64,000 nucleotides of DNA. Source: Ruditapes philippinarum. Lineage: Eukaryota. The notes beneath the pieces were generated by a model. It was not told the origin of the DNA. It did no database searches and saw only the letters and a program-made list of their open reading frames with translations. The first letter of the stretch is position 1. The number at the start of each line of letters is the position of its first letter. Location of the stretch: contig NW_026864453.1 of the NCBI RefSeq assembly GCF_026571515.1, positions 62,001 through 126,000 on the forward strand, in the 5' to 3' direction. This document shows, in pieces, positions 25,662 through 38,132 of the stretch. The position numbers were made by a program, and so were the translations under genes.

Positions 25662-26112
25662 AAAATATTTAAGAAATAACAACAAAGTACATAATTTCAA
25701 TTATTTCTGTAGCGCTCTCAATGCTTGCTGGGCATATCATTAGCCGGATATTTTAATCAAGATGCGCAATTATTGATTACTGAAATGGAGCGGTGGCCTA
25801 GTGGGTTAAGGTGTCATTCCTCTCAAACCCAGAGATCATGGGTTCGAGCCCTACTTGGGTCACGACCATGTTTCTTCTGTTCATATGACACCAGTACTGG
25901 TTGGTTCCAGGAAGCGGACTCAAAAGTGATTAATATAAGTTGCAAGAACTTGTTTCGCAATCGGGCTAAAATAAATATGTTTAAACCAATTATTGATTAA
26001 ATATTCCGCTGATGATATTGTTGATTGAAATATTCGGCTGATGATATCCACAACAAACATTGAAAACGCTACCAAAATAATTATGAAGTTTGTTGTTATT
26101 TTTTAAATATTA
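25662..26112. mobile_element. Palindromic MITE interrupted at its centre by a SINE
   Basis: Left arm AATAACAACAAAG...GTAGCGCTCTCAATG...ATATCATTAGCCGGATATTTTAATCAA is the inverted copy of TTGATTGAAATATTCGGCTGATGATAT...CATTGAAAACGCTAC...TTTGTTGTTATT. Confidence 0.65.
25780..25986 (+). mobile_element. Full-length tRNA-derived SINE (family A) with 13-bp target site duplication
   Basis: A-box GTGGCCTAGTGGG, B-box GGTTCGAGCCC, body CATATGACACCAGTACTGGTTGGTTCCAGGAAGCGGACTC; TSD CAATTATTGATTA at 25767-25779 and 25987-25999. Confidence 0.9.
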
Positions 26113-26889
26113 TACATGTGTGTAACCAGGAACCATAGGGAAATTACTTTGACCATGCAGAGCAAAAAAAATAAGGTAAGCATGCATATACGAGAACATT
26201 TTGACGTCCGTTCATATATAGAAAATTAGCTATTTACCGATAAACATATGGACTAATTATAGCAAATAAAACCGGCTGTAAAAGAGGAAAAGAGGGTTGG
26301 TCAAAATTAGGATGTATATATTCATCAAAAAAGTTCAAAGAAACTGTTGAAACGAATTATAAATTGAGATAGTTTGAAATTATAGCGAAGGTTTTAAAGT
26401 TTATTAAAAGAAGAATTCACGAAGTACATAATGTAATTAATAAGACAGCAGTATAAAAGTGTAACGAACAGAGGTAGGCAAATTAAAGGAAAAAACAGGA
26501 AAGATCAGGCGCGAAAAGGATAACTTAGCTGCAAAAAATACAATAGGATAAAGTAAGCTTATTAGCAGCTCAAATTGCCATCAGCATATTCCAAGATATA
26601 GCCATGTCCGAGTGAAATATGATTTGAATTGAGAAAAGACATTACAATATATTAATCCATCAAGCCTTTTGAAGGATCTCCATTTTCCAGATTTTTATAC
26701 TCATATCAGAAAGTGATAAGTGCTGTGTAGCAGTTGTAAAATGGTGCCCCTTACTTCATCTCAGTGTAGTAAGATTTTTCTTGTCCTTTTGGAATCATTG
26801 GTCATTCCAATATTTTACTGTGTTTGAGGAAAGCCGTTGCTAGAAAACGCGAGAGATGTTGCACCATACATTATCTTATGAAAAAAGAT

Positions 26890-27142
26890 GGAAAGTAATC
26901 TCTCATAACAGACTCAACGAAACCTTATCTCTCATGGACAATGGAAAATAATATATATGAAACCTTACCTCCGATGAAAAATAATCGCTCATAACAGACT
27001 CAACGAAACCTTCTTATCGCTCATGAAAACGACTCAATGGAAAATATATTATCATAACAGTCTCATTGAAATCTTATCTCTCATGGACAGACAATGGAAA
27101 ATAATCTCTCATAACAGACTAAATGAAATCTTATCTCTCATG
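26890..27142. repeat. Degenerate minisatellite (about 55-60 bp unit, CTCATAACAGACTCAACGAAACCTTATCTCTCATG)
   Basis: About 4 diverged copies. Confidence 0.7.
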
Positions 27143-27154
27143 ACAAGCCTCTAT

Positions 27155-27345
27155 CAGAGTTAAAACTGAGTCTGCCTCTCAACCCAGAGATCATGGGTTT
27201 GAGCCCTACTCGGGTCACGACCATTTTTCTTCATATGACACCAGTACTGATCGGTTCCAGGAAGCGGACTCGAAAGTGATTAATATAAGTTTCAAGAACT
27301 TGTTTCGCGATCGAGCTAAAATAAATATGTTTAGGTTAGGTTTAG
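27155..27345 (+). mobile_element. SINE family A, 5' end damaged
   Basis: High similarity to 25810-25985; (GTTAG)n-like tail. Confidence 0.85.
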
Positions 27346-28384
27346 TCTGCGATTTTCACCTTTATAATTTTGTTTTATATTGCACCCGAGGGACCTCCAT
27401 TTTCAAGATTTGTATTAACATTTTATAATTGTGAAAGTGCCACTTCAATTCTTCAATTTAGTGGGAAAGTTGTCCCTGAAGTTCCTGTGATTTGTTCGTG
27501 AACTGGTATTTATGATATGAATATGAATGATAAACAAGTGCTTTTACTTATTGACAACTTCAGTTATTTGTATTATGGTTTCTAAAACTGCTACAAAATA
27601 TAAAAATTGTAAACTATTGCGTAAAGAAATGTTTTGCTTTTTTTTAAAATTACTTAAGCTCATTTATTCAAACGATTGAAAAAGGTAAGCATAAGTTTAA
27701 TAGATTTTATCAAAAATATATCTTATCTTCAAGAGTTGTCATGATTTCTTTTTCTTTTGGCAAAAAAGAAAAAAAACATATCATTATCTACATGTATATT
27801 ATATCTATTGTGATACGTATTGGTTTTAAAGTATATACGAGTATAAGTTTAATATAAACTTTTTAGAAAACGTGTATAAAAACTTATGATTAGTGATCTG
27901 TGTTAAACATCTATACATGTACATAACAAATAGATAAAATGTCTTACTATTCTATTATTTCATGAAAAAATCTAATTCTATCTAAAATGTATCCTTTCTT
28001 CGACAAGTTTATTTCATAAATGCTAAATTGGCCAAATGTTATATGCCGATTGCTTTTAAAAACTTGACCATTTGAATTTTAGTTATGAACTGTTATTATG
28101 TACCATTCACATTATATAGTTGTATTTTAAAGAAACAACTACAATTTTTTAAAGTTATATACAATTCACATGTGTACATGTGTTGTTGATTTTCTATCCT
28201 ACAAGAAATGAGCTTTACTAATTAATAAATAGGTGAATTTTTCAATATTTTTATTGATTCATTCATGACATCAAATAAGTAGACGTACAAAATGTTTAAT
28301 TCATTGCATGTTTATTTAACTGTTCATTCAACTATAGAGAAAAATCTCCGTAATATAAATCTCAGTGATTCTGCGGGGTTCTAA

Positions 28385-28520
28385 TGAACCTGGCGTCATG
28401 TCGGTAAAAATGACGTCATGATAGTATGACACGTCTGGTAAAAACGAAATCTGGTATTCAGGTACGTATAATAACTGACCTTGTAGATGAAAGCCGCCTA
28501 ATAACTTATTCACACGCGTT
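28385..28520. promoter_or_regulatory. CpG-containing patch with a palindromic CRE site
   Basis: ATGACGTCAT at 28410-28419 plus TGGCGTCA and GACACGTC nearby, between the two divergent genes. Confidence 0.3.
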
Positions 28521-30134
28521 TTAAAGTTAACTTTTATCTAGGCCAACACTGTGTATATTTATGTACTTACTTTATCGTAATTGCGTTAATATTATGTTAC
28601 TTTAAGTTTACATTTTAAAACCTTCATATCACCAAAGTCTATTTATGAAAATATTTGTCTATACCAGACATTTAAAGTGTCAAAAGAAGTAACATGCGCG
28701 ACCATTGATATACCAATTATACAAAAAGATATTGTTCAAAGATTCTGTAGACTTTGTAACACGTATTTATATATGGCATTTGCATACATCTTTATAAAAG
28801 ATGGGAGGCCGTAATTTTTTTTATTGAACAAATACTAGTATACGGATTTGGTCCGTTTTATCGCTGTGCATACATTATTGTGTACATCATCGGTTCATTA
28901 ATTAGATTATGTAATTGTGTGTTTTTGCAAAACGATTTTTGTCAAACTAATATTGTACATAAAGCATTTCAGTTTGCTCTTTCACGATTTATAAAAATGA
29001 ATATTTTCATCTGGTAATTCAGTTAAATATGCAAATTTAGAGAACTTTATTAGTAAACATCTACCGTATGTATGTGTTTTGAGACAGTTGAGCTGCCCGA
29101 ACTTATCAATCGAAAACGGAAACTTTTCATTAATTTTAAAATTAGATAATAAACGAGCCGTGCATAATGTGATCCTCGCCCCCTCTGCACAAGCACACCG
29201 TTGAGAAGCACAGGGCTTCGACAGAAGATTTGGAGCTTGGTCCAACTTAGTTTCACCAAGGACATTTACTGACTAATGATGACATCATGTGTTGATTTTT
29301 TTGCGTAAATGGAGGGCAAATACTACAGGTCAGACTATCACTTATCAAGAGGTTGGAGGCATGCCGGTGTCCTGACTGAAGCCGAGGGGCGAGGCCTACA
29401 GAGTAGGCAGGGGTGACGATGAAGTGTTCTAGGTTGTTAATCGCTACTTTTAACGGCCAGTTTTCATCATATTTCGGAAATAAATTTAAATTAACAGTGT
29501 GATTACTGATTACGTTGCTGCAGTTACTGGGTTTTAAAAAAAATGAAAAACCCTTTAATAGTTCCTTACCTGGAAACGTTTTCCTTTTAAATTAAATTTC
29601 ATTAGAGTGAACCCTTAAGGCTGAAAAAGTCCCCAAAAAAAATCGGTGCAGTCCCTTTGGGGTTCATTTGGATTTTTATTCTTTACTTATAATTATCCTA
29701 ATGTGGAACTATTTCAACCAAGAACAAAATAAATTAATGTAACAAATATCTTAATCATTAAACAAGATTAAATTGTGTCGAAATTTACGAGTTCCTACAC
29801 ATTTTTTATAATTTATTTGTACCATAGAGCCATCATAAGTCTTTTTTTTTAAATTGTTAAGTAAAACCTCAATAATATTCACGGTAATCTGTGAAATGCT
29901 AATAAACTGTCAGTTTTAATCAGTTTTTGGATTTTTTTATTCATTTAAACTAAAATATATTTCTAAACGTTATCCGATGTATGCTTAAACAAATGTCACC
30001 ATTTCATTATGCACAGATTGAACGCTGCATATTGCTAAAAACGCATGCACTTGAAAAGGTAAAATTATGTGAAGTGAATCAATGGCTTAATTAAGAAAGC
30101 CTTTGCTGAAAGTATCAATTTGACAGTTCGTTTT

Positions 30135-30297
30135 NNNNNNNNNNNNNNNNNNNNNNNNNNNNNNNNNNNNNNNNNNNNNNNNNNNNNNNNNNNNNNNNNN
30201 NNNNNNNNNNNNNNNNNNNNNNNNNNNNNNNNNNNNNNNNNNNNNNNNNNNNNNNNNNNNNNNNNNNNNNNNNNNNNNNNNNNNNNNNNNNNNNNNN
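30135..30297. other. Assembly gap (163 N)
   Basis: Run of N. Confidence 1.
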
Positions 30298-31199
30298 ATA
30301 GATATCATTAAGCAATGAACGCATAAGAGGTGAGATAAACTTATAATAGTACTTGAAAAGGTTACATTGAAATAAATTACAATTTTTTTAATGTTTTTTT
30401 CTTCTTTCTTTCTTTCTTTCTTTCTTTCTTTCATTTTGGTTTATTCCAGTCGTGATAAAACAATCTAAACACGAATATAAGAATGCATATGCCAACAGCA
30501 ATTTTGCGGAAGGCAAATTTAGTTCTTCTCAGCTGTTAATACTAATACTAATAATACTATATATATACCTGTGGTCCCGTCATTTCTTTACAAAACAGAA
30601 ATGCCTTATGACATTTACATTAATTTAAGAGATATGTCTACATGTATGTAATTAGAAGTAATGAACTTTACGTATGTGACCCAGGGTCTTCCTATTTCAA
30701 AGACACTTGATGTCCTCACTATTTTTCAAAAGTGAGCGTTTGCAGCAATCAGAAGCACGCGTGCATGCTACAAAAGTGGTTTAAAGGTCGTACACGTAAT
30801 TTCAAGGGACCAGTGACGTGTAAACTTGTTATGTTAAAAGTTGACCCCTTATAGAAAAAAAAACAAGTCTGCTCATTGCCTTAATTATAGTTTTCTCCAG
30901 TAAACAAAATAATGCTACAATGTTTCATAGAGATGAAGTTGTTTATTAAACGTGAAACAAATACTTGCATTGTTTTCTTTTATGGCCTTTGGCAAATATT
31001 TTTGGTCTGGCCTGTTGATCGGGGCTGTAAATTGGACTATTTCATTTTATCTGGTAGGTAGGTTCTATTTCTGCAATCTAGACTTTATCAGATTTGTTAG
31101 GATGATAAGTCAATTGTACCTTTCTTTGATTAATAGAAAAACGTCTGTTATAGTTCCTGACTGTCATTGATAAATAATCAGTTATATTGACAGTAAACA

Positions 31200-31607
31200 A
31201 CATTAAAATGGCCTGAATACTTATCGCGAAACCCCAACGGAAAAAATACACATGGTCTAATGATCTCGATGGATTACAGTGCGTACAAGAACCTCCCCCG
31301 TTAGATGATCGATAATTTCAATCGAGTTATTTAATTCACTGAGAGAAGTTTCCTGATATCTTCTGCAACTTATGTACATATTACATCCGGAAATTTATCT
31401 AACACATGTGATTTTTCTGTTTTTATCCCGGATTACAATTATTTTTTCGGTTAAAATTTTACTTGTTAACTTTTGGGGAGGAAACAAGAACAGCCATCAA
31501 GAAAAAGTGCACGTCTTTGGTGCAAATTGGAAATTTGCGTTATATTTGAGACGAAATCTTAGTGTTAGTTTAAAGTGAATCATTTGGATTTTCACAGACT
31601 CGGAAAG
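31200..31607 (+). promoter_or_regulatory. Probable promoter and non-coding first exon of UBE2E
   Basis: CpG-enriched unique sequence ending in donor GGAAAG|GTAATT at 31608; acceptor ttattgcAG at 31978-31979 precedes the ATG exon. Confidence 0.5.
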
Positions 31608-31995
31608 GTAATTCTTTCTTCTATAACTCCGCTAAGTGACGATTTTTAGCTTGGTCTAGATTTTTCTTGATGATTGTTTTTCTGATGAACGTCTTTGTTA
31701 ATCTGTGTTTCATTTTCACAGTTTCACTCTGTTACTGTTATCAATGCTTCATCTTTTCATGCATCTTTCTTTTGAATCTTTTTAATAACGCAATAATTAG
31801 ATATATGGAATAAAGATCACAATTTCATTCCTCACGTTTTTCTTAAAATAATGATTAATATTGAAATAAATGAAAAATAACACATTTGAATGAAATGGTT
31901 TTTTAAATGGCAATATTTTTTAAAGGTAGATCTAGATCTATGGTTTAAATGTTTAAAATAGATGATGTTATTATTGCAGTGATTTTAGGAGCAAC

Positions 31996-32144
31996 ATGTC
32001 AACCAGCAATTCTGGTCGTGGTAAGAAAAGGTCTCGCGCACAGGCAAATGGAAACGAGGAAGGCGCTGGCCCATCTGGCTCATCAGCCCCTAAAACTGCG
32101 AAGTCCACCGCAAACAACAAGTTGATGAGTACATCCCTTAAAAG
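31996..32144 (+). CDS. UBE2E: Ubiquitin-conjugating enzyme E2 E, first coding exon (disordered N-terminal extension)
   Basis: caacATG start; MSTSNSGRGKKRSR...KLMSTSLKR matches the UBE2E LSTSAKR junction; ends in phase 2 at AG|GCGAGT. Confidence 0.88.
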
Positions 32145-33731
32145 GCGAGTTATTTTATTATCATTAATGCAATATTTGATATTCCTAGTATCATTTTCTG
32201 TGGTTTAAAGTCACATGGTGGATTTCTGCTATGCTGGAAATGAAAACTAGTATTTAATATTGGTATATACAACATCTTGAGCTCATTTGCATATAAGCTT
32301 TGACGGGGCCCTGCTCTTTTGTTTCAGTAAAAAATAATAAAATTTTTAATGATTATTGTAATGTTTGGCTCATACTTTAATATGGTTTAATTTTTTTCTG
32401 GAAATTTTCATGTATTAGTTTAAAAAATCAATATGTAATATATGAACACAGTGAAGGCTATACACATGATGAGGGTTGTTAAAAATTTCCTTGTGAGTCT
32501 TAACAATTTAAATTGGATTTATTTCTTGATGTTTATTACATTAATTTTGATCACCTGAAGATGAAATACTTAAGATTTGAAGAATTTTCAAATACTATTA
32601 TTGATGATCATTGATGAATAATTTGAAGAGGCATTATTATTTTTATTTCATATTATATTTAGGGAAGTAATTCTTTCACTGTAAGGAAATCACTACTTAT
32701 GTAGCATGTGCAGGGGGAGAGTCTAGATTATGCTGAAAAGAAAGATCAGAATTAAGTAACGTTTTATAATTGTGGAATATTATACATATATCAGAAGTAT
32801 AGGACTTACTAAATAGTATATCATATTCAGTTTACATATTTACAAATTTTCCTGATGCAAATTGGCAATGATATGAGGCCCAGTACCAGCCTTACACCTG
32901 CAGAAGCCCTGGAAGGGATATCTTTTACAAATTTATGAAATTATTTGAAGCATGTGTACATAAGATTTTCACATGGCACAAATATAGATAAATCCATTTA
33001 CATTATCAGGACAATGATTTTTTCTTTGTTTTTTTCCCCCTTTTCAATATTGCTGGGAACGAAAGACAAAATTCTTTGTACCAATTAATTTGTTAGCCTG
33101 TAATGTACGTATGCCAGGTAGACATGTATAAATCTGTGCATTGTCAGGGATCGCGCTTTCCACTTTGTTTGCTTGTATGTACAAGTACAATTTGTTGAAA
33201 GGCAAGTATTTTAAAATGTTACAGCCTCAGCTTGTAGCACATATATTGCAAAACTGAAAATAATGTTTGATCCCTAATTGTTATATATTACTTATTTCTT
33301 TTTTAACCTTCAAGGATGATTACTGATTTACTATAATTTCCTGTTATTTTATGCTCAACTTTGATCATAAGCTTATCCCACTGTTTTGCCAGGAAACCTT
33401 TTATAATAATTTATAGTAGGTGTTGAACTTTAATACCAAAGTTTGTGGAAATACATTACTTTAATAACAATTATATTTCATAATGCATAGTGGATTTCTT
33501 TTGACTTTAATTTTGCACTAATGGCACATTAGATGCATCAGATGTATCAGAATTGATTCTATAATCGGAGTGCAGAAGAGTTTTCCTGCAACATTTTCTT
33601 AGATTTTAAATAGTATACCTAGACCAAGTTACCTACCTTGATTAAAACAGTCTTAACTTGGTGATTTCCCCTTCTGACCCAAAGATTAAAATCCTGTGTC
33701 TGGCTGAGCTGCATCATCTCATCCTCTACAT

Positions 33732-34493
33732 CAGTGTTCCCACTAGAATTTAAATTTGAGGGTACATGTACCCCCTAGGTCATAATTTTGGGGGTACACA
33801 GAATATTAAGGGGGTACAAACTATAATTTAGACAAGCAAGTCAGTTAAACACAGACAGTTTTAAGTGTTTTTTTCATATATCTCGCATGTTAAACAAAAC
33901 ATTTTCCCGTTGTCTTTGTCAAATCTAAGCCATGAAAATTCGGACAACCAGGAGTTCTGAAATCGTTTGCAATGTTTCTTTTTGGGGGGTTCAACACTAT
34001 TTTCACTAGGGCCTGGTTCTTGATTTGCGCTAGAGGATTGAGTAAAGGTCGGCGATTTTTCGCTGGAATCGCTTTTATGGAACCATTCATTTAAATTGCG
34101 TTGCATTTTTTAATAACTTTTCCAGCGATTATTTAATATTTCAGACGGCTTATTTGTATTGCCCGGATGTAGACTTGTTACTGCGTTTAATATAGAGCGT
34201 CGCTAAGCGTCGTTAATAATTATGAACCAGTCCATAAGCTAAAAATAGCACAGCTGGGAAACCCGAGTTATGACCTCAGATTAAATTACGGTCGTATCGA
34301 CTTTTACGGTCTTGTAAACAATTTCAGAGATTTATGAGTAGAATATTGATTTGTGATTCGAATTTGCGGATAATGTTTTGGCAGTTCAACTTCAATTTTT
34401 ATACGTGCATGCACGCACCTAGTTGTAATTTCATGCGTGATTTTTGTAAATTATACGTGATTCACGTACATTTGTGCGTGAATGGGAACACTG
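33732..34493 (-). mobile_element. Internally deleted hAT-type transposon retaining the transposase N-terminus (partial TTF-type zinc finger)
   Basis: TIRs CAGTGTTCCCA / TGGGAACACTG, flanking direct repeat TACAT; ORF 33861-34106 has RFQNSWLSEFSWLRFDKDNGKMFCLTC typical of ZNF862-like hAT transposases. Confidence 0.85.
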
Positions 34494-34889
34494 TACATGT
34501 TGTTATTTGTGATGAAAAGAATGCCAAGAACATTCCCGGATATATTTTAATTGACTGTTTTAGTATACATTCTGAAGAACTTAATTAAGACACATCGAGG
34601 GTTGACCATATAACTGTTGAAAGTCCTTTATATTATATAAGTTACTGCAGTTTTGCGGTCAACCACCGACATGCTAGACTTCTGCTTCCAGGTTTCTTAA
34701 CCAGTTATGGCACTATTATGGGTCATGGAATTTATATGTGAATCTTTCCACTGGCGGAGCCGAGGTCCACAGCCTCTAGGTTAGGTCTTCGGTCTGTTGC
34801 TTTCTTTCCCAACACCACTTTGTCACCACCTGCACCACAGTGGTGCCAACTAATTCATTACAGTCAATCATTAATATTTAATATTGTGA

Positions 34890-35090
34890 CGTTTGGATTT
34901 AGAACAGTGACATTTAGATTAGTACAGTGACATTTACATTGAGTACAGTGACTTAGATTAAGAACAGTGACTTAAGGATTAGAACAGTAACATTTAGACT
35001 TAATTAGACTTAACAGCGACTTTACGATTTAAATCAGTGACATTAAGATTAAGAACAATGACTAAGATTTAAATCATTAAGAACAGAGAT
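34890..35090. repeat. Degenerate 20-bp minisatellite (AGAACAGTGACATTTAGATT)
   Basis: About 9 diverged copies. Confidence 0.7.
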
Positions 35091-35167
35091 ATTTTGATAA
35101 AGTTCAGTGACAGTGGCAGCATGGCCAAGTTGTTAATCTATCAGGCTAATAATCTAAAGATTGCTAT

Positions 35168-38132
35168 TATGGAGGGCGTTCGTTGCCAAAATTCCAGACA
35201 TGTAAAGTGTACCTTTTTAAAATGACTTTTGAAAATGCGAACTTGTATGCCTACCATTTTTTATTGTACCCGTGCATAGCACATAATATGCATCTTAATT
35301 CAAGCTTTTAATTGAAGGTTCCCGCCTTTATATAACAAGTTTACATATATATCGTAACAACTGACCTAACATCTTAAACGACAACAAATGTACAAGTTCG
35401 TATCTTCCATTGCATGCAATACATATGCATGTTTGCACACTTTTAGATCTGAAATATACAAATGAAATGTAAATCTTAAATACAGAAAATAGAGTTTAAG
35501 AAAACGTTTTACCAGTTGTAGAACTACAAGAGTACGTTAACACAGTAACATGTTTAAAATTACAAAAGTAGATTCACAAACTTAAACGATTTTAAGTCAA
35601 GCATAACGCCCCGCCCCTCTCGGAGTATTTACGAACTTCTATTGCGGACAGGTATAAAACGGCGCCTCTCCCATATTTCTAAATAAAACTGAAGGACAAC
35701 ATACGGCATTTTTCATAACATATATTTGTTACATTTGTTACAAAAGTTTTGTCACTAGCAACATCACTTGAAAATTGCTGATTATAAAGATAACTTATGC
35801 ATTAGCTTATTATTTAACATCGTGTTCTTATCAGTTACAAATTATTTATCATTTTAGTGATAATAGCCTGTCCGTGCTCTGCCTAGTGCCCTGTCCTGTG
35901 TTTCGTTTGGGGTCCGCCTGGGCTCCTTGCCACTTGTTCTTGTTGCTGGGTCATGTGGGGTTGCTTTCATTGAGCGCCACCTTTCCTTGTTGATCTTGTT
36001 TATCATATATTCCTGAGAAAAATAGGCGATTTGGAAATTTTTAGGGGAAACAATGACCAACTTCAAGGGAGTAATTTTATTGATAATCTAAAAACCATCC
36101 AATATTTTTATTGGTATCATTGAAAAATGTATTGGCACAAATTTCATTTTCATTAAAAACTATGCAAGTATTTGCAAAAATAGGATTTTAAAGCGACCAC
36201 CGAGATATCCTTTCCGAAATCAAGAAAATACTTATCCGTAGCACATATGTACAATCTTTAATAAGGTATTTTCAGTATGAATAAAAACTTTTTTCACTTG
36301 TTCATTATCCCTCATGTACAGACTCAATCAAACCGAGTCTGCAATTCTTATGTAATTTTGTTGTGATAAATGCTTCCGAGGGATCACTTTGTTTCCAGAT
36401 TTTTATACTTCACAACAGCAGGTGCCAAGTGCTGTGTGGCAGCTGTAAAAAGTTGCCCCGTACTTCACTTCAGTGTTGTTATATTTTTCTGGTCCTTCGG
36501 GATCATTGATGCCAACGCTATTAAGTGTCGAGAATTGAGTACCGTTCAAGCCGGTGCTAGGGGGCGTGAGTGATGTTGCACTTGTTGTACAGACTCAATC
36601 AAACCGAGTCTGCAATTTTTATGTAATTTTGTTGTGATTAATTCTTCCGAGGGATCACTTTGTTTCCAGATTTTGTAATATACTTGTTCAAAGCTTTCAT
36701 TCAATATTCTTTTTCTTTTTTGAATAAAGTATCTAAAGGAAGCAACGTGATTTTTTTACCTAATATATGAGTGTGGTTTTAAGAAAGAAAAAATAATCAA
36801 CGATAAGTTTGAAACAAAATTTTTAATTCTTCTACGTAATTAATTTTCATTTTTAAGACATCACTAGAAAGTTCATAAAGGATTCTTTTACTTGAGTCTA
36901 AAATTATCAAAATTGACCAAGAAATAAAAAAGTAAGCAAGGGGGCGCCATGTTTCTCTTACTGAATTTCAGAGTGTGTTTTGTTTTTTTTACTTGGGGAC
37001 CATATGCCGTTTTTCATGGTATGGCACTTACGTGTCACATTGAAGGTTTCATGATAATCGCCATATAAACACATCTGCGGATGTTTCAAAATTCAAAATT
37101 GTACCAGTTCATGTTGAATTTTGCTTAAGCCGGTGCTAGGGGGCGTGGGCGGTAACTTGCTCTTTCCGTTACCGTGAACAGGTTCAATCAAACCGAGCCT
37201 GCAACATTCTCAATTTTGTCGTTTTGAGCGTTCTTTAAGGATTCTTATTTTCTCTATTTTACAGAAAATTACATGATAAACTTAACTTACATTTTGATTT
37301 AATTCATTTTTATTTTGAGGCATTATATAATTATATATCATAAATCGTATGAAGCACACTTTTATTTCAATCCAAAATTTGGAGGGAACGCCGTGTTTTT
37401 CTTATCAATTCTCAGAGGAAAAAATGATACATTTTGAAACAAAAATATCAATACATCTATTTAATTCATTTTTATTTCCGACGCACTCATGGAAAGCTTA
37501 TGGAGTAATCTTTCATTTGATACCAAAAATGTTTGACTTTTTATAGAAATAAAAAAAAAAGTTAGAATGGACGCCGTGTTTTCCTTCACTTAATTGAGAA
37601 ATAGGAGAGAGACGACGAGTATATACCTGTCCGTACATTTCCGTAATAGAAGATCGTAAATACTCAGAGAGGGGCGGGGCGTCATGCATGATTTAAAATC
37701 GTTTAACTTTGTGAATCTACTTTTGTCATTTTAAACATGTTACTGTGTAAACGTACTGTTGTAGTTCTACGACTGGAAACACGTTTTATTAAATTATGTT
37801 TTCTGTATTCGAGTTTTACATTTCATTTGTATTTTTCAGGTACAGATATATATCTACAAGTGTGTAAACATGCTTATGTATTATATGCAATGGAAGATAC
37901 GAACTTGTAAATTTGTTGTTGTTCTCCATGTTAGGTCAGTTGTTAAGATTTGCATGTAAACTTGTTATTTAAAAGCGGGTACCTTCAATTAAAAGATTGG
38001 ATTAAGAGGCATATCATTTGCTGTGCACGAATACAATCAAAAATGCTAGACATACATGTTCGCATTTTCAAAAGTAGTTTTTAAAAGGAACACATTACAT
38101 GTTTGGAATTTTGGCAACGATCGCCCTCCATA
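35168..38132. mobile_element. Non-autonomous foldback-type element of about 3 kb with TIRs of about 490 bp
   Basis: TATGGAGGGCGTTCGTTGCCAAAATTCC...(to about 35656) is the inverted copy of about 37621-38132 (...GGAATTTTGGCAACGATCGCCCTCCATA); internal direct repeats at about 36317, 36587 and 37178. Confidence 0.85.

Noticed and set aside
25787-25860. tRNA-like sequences here and at 7240, 17170, 48167, 48477, 56200 and 62454
   Set aside because: They are SINE heads followed by SINE bodies or decayed; no complete cloverleaf
29620-29640. GAAAAAGTCCCC resembling the RNase MRP/P CR-I motif
   Set aside because: No matching CR-V partner found, and the segment looks low quality
30087-30434. ORFs spanning the N run
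   Set aside because: Artefacts of the assembly gap
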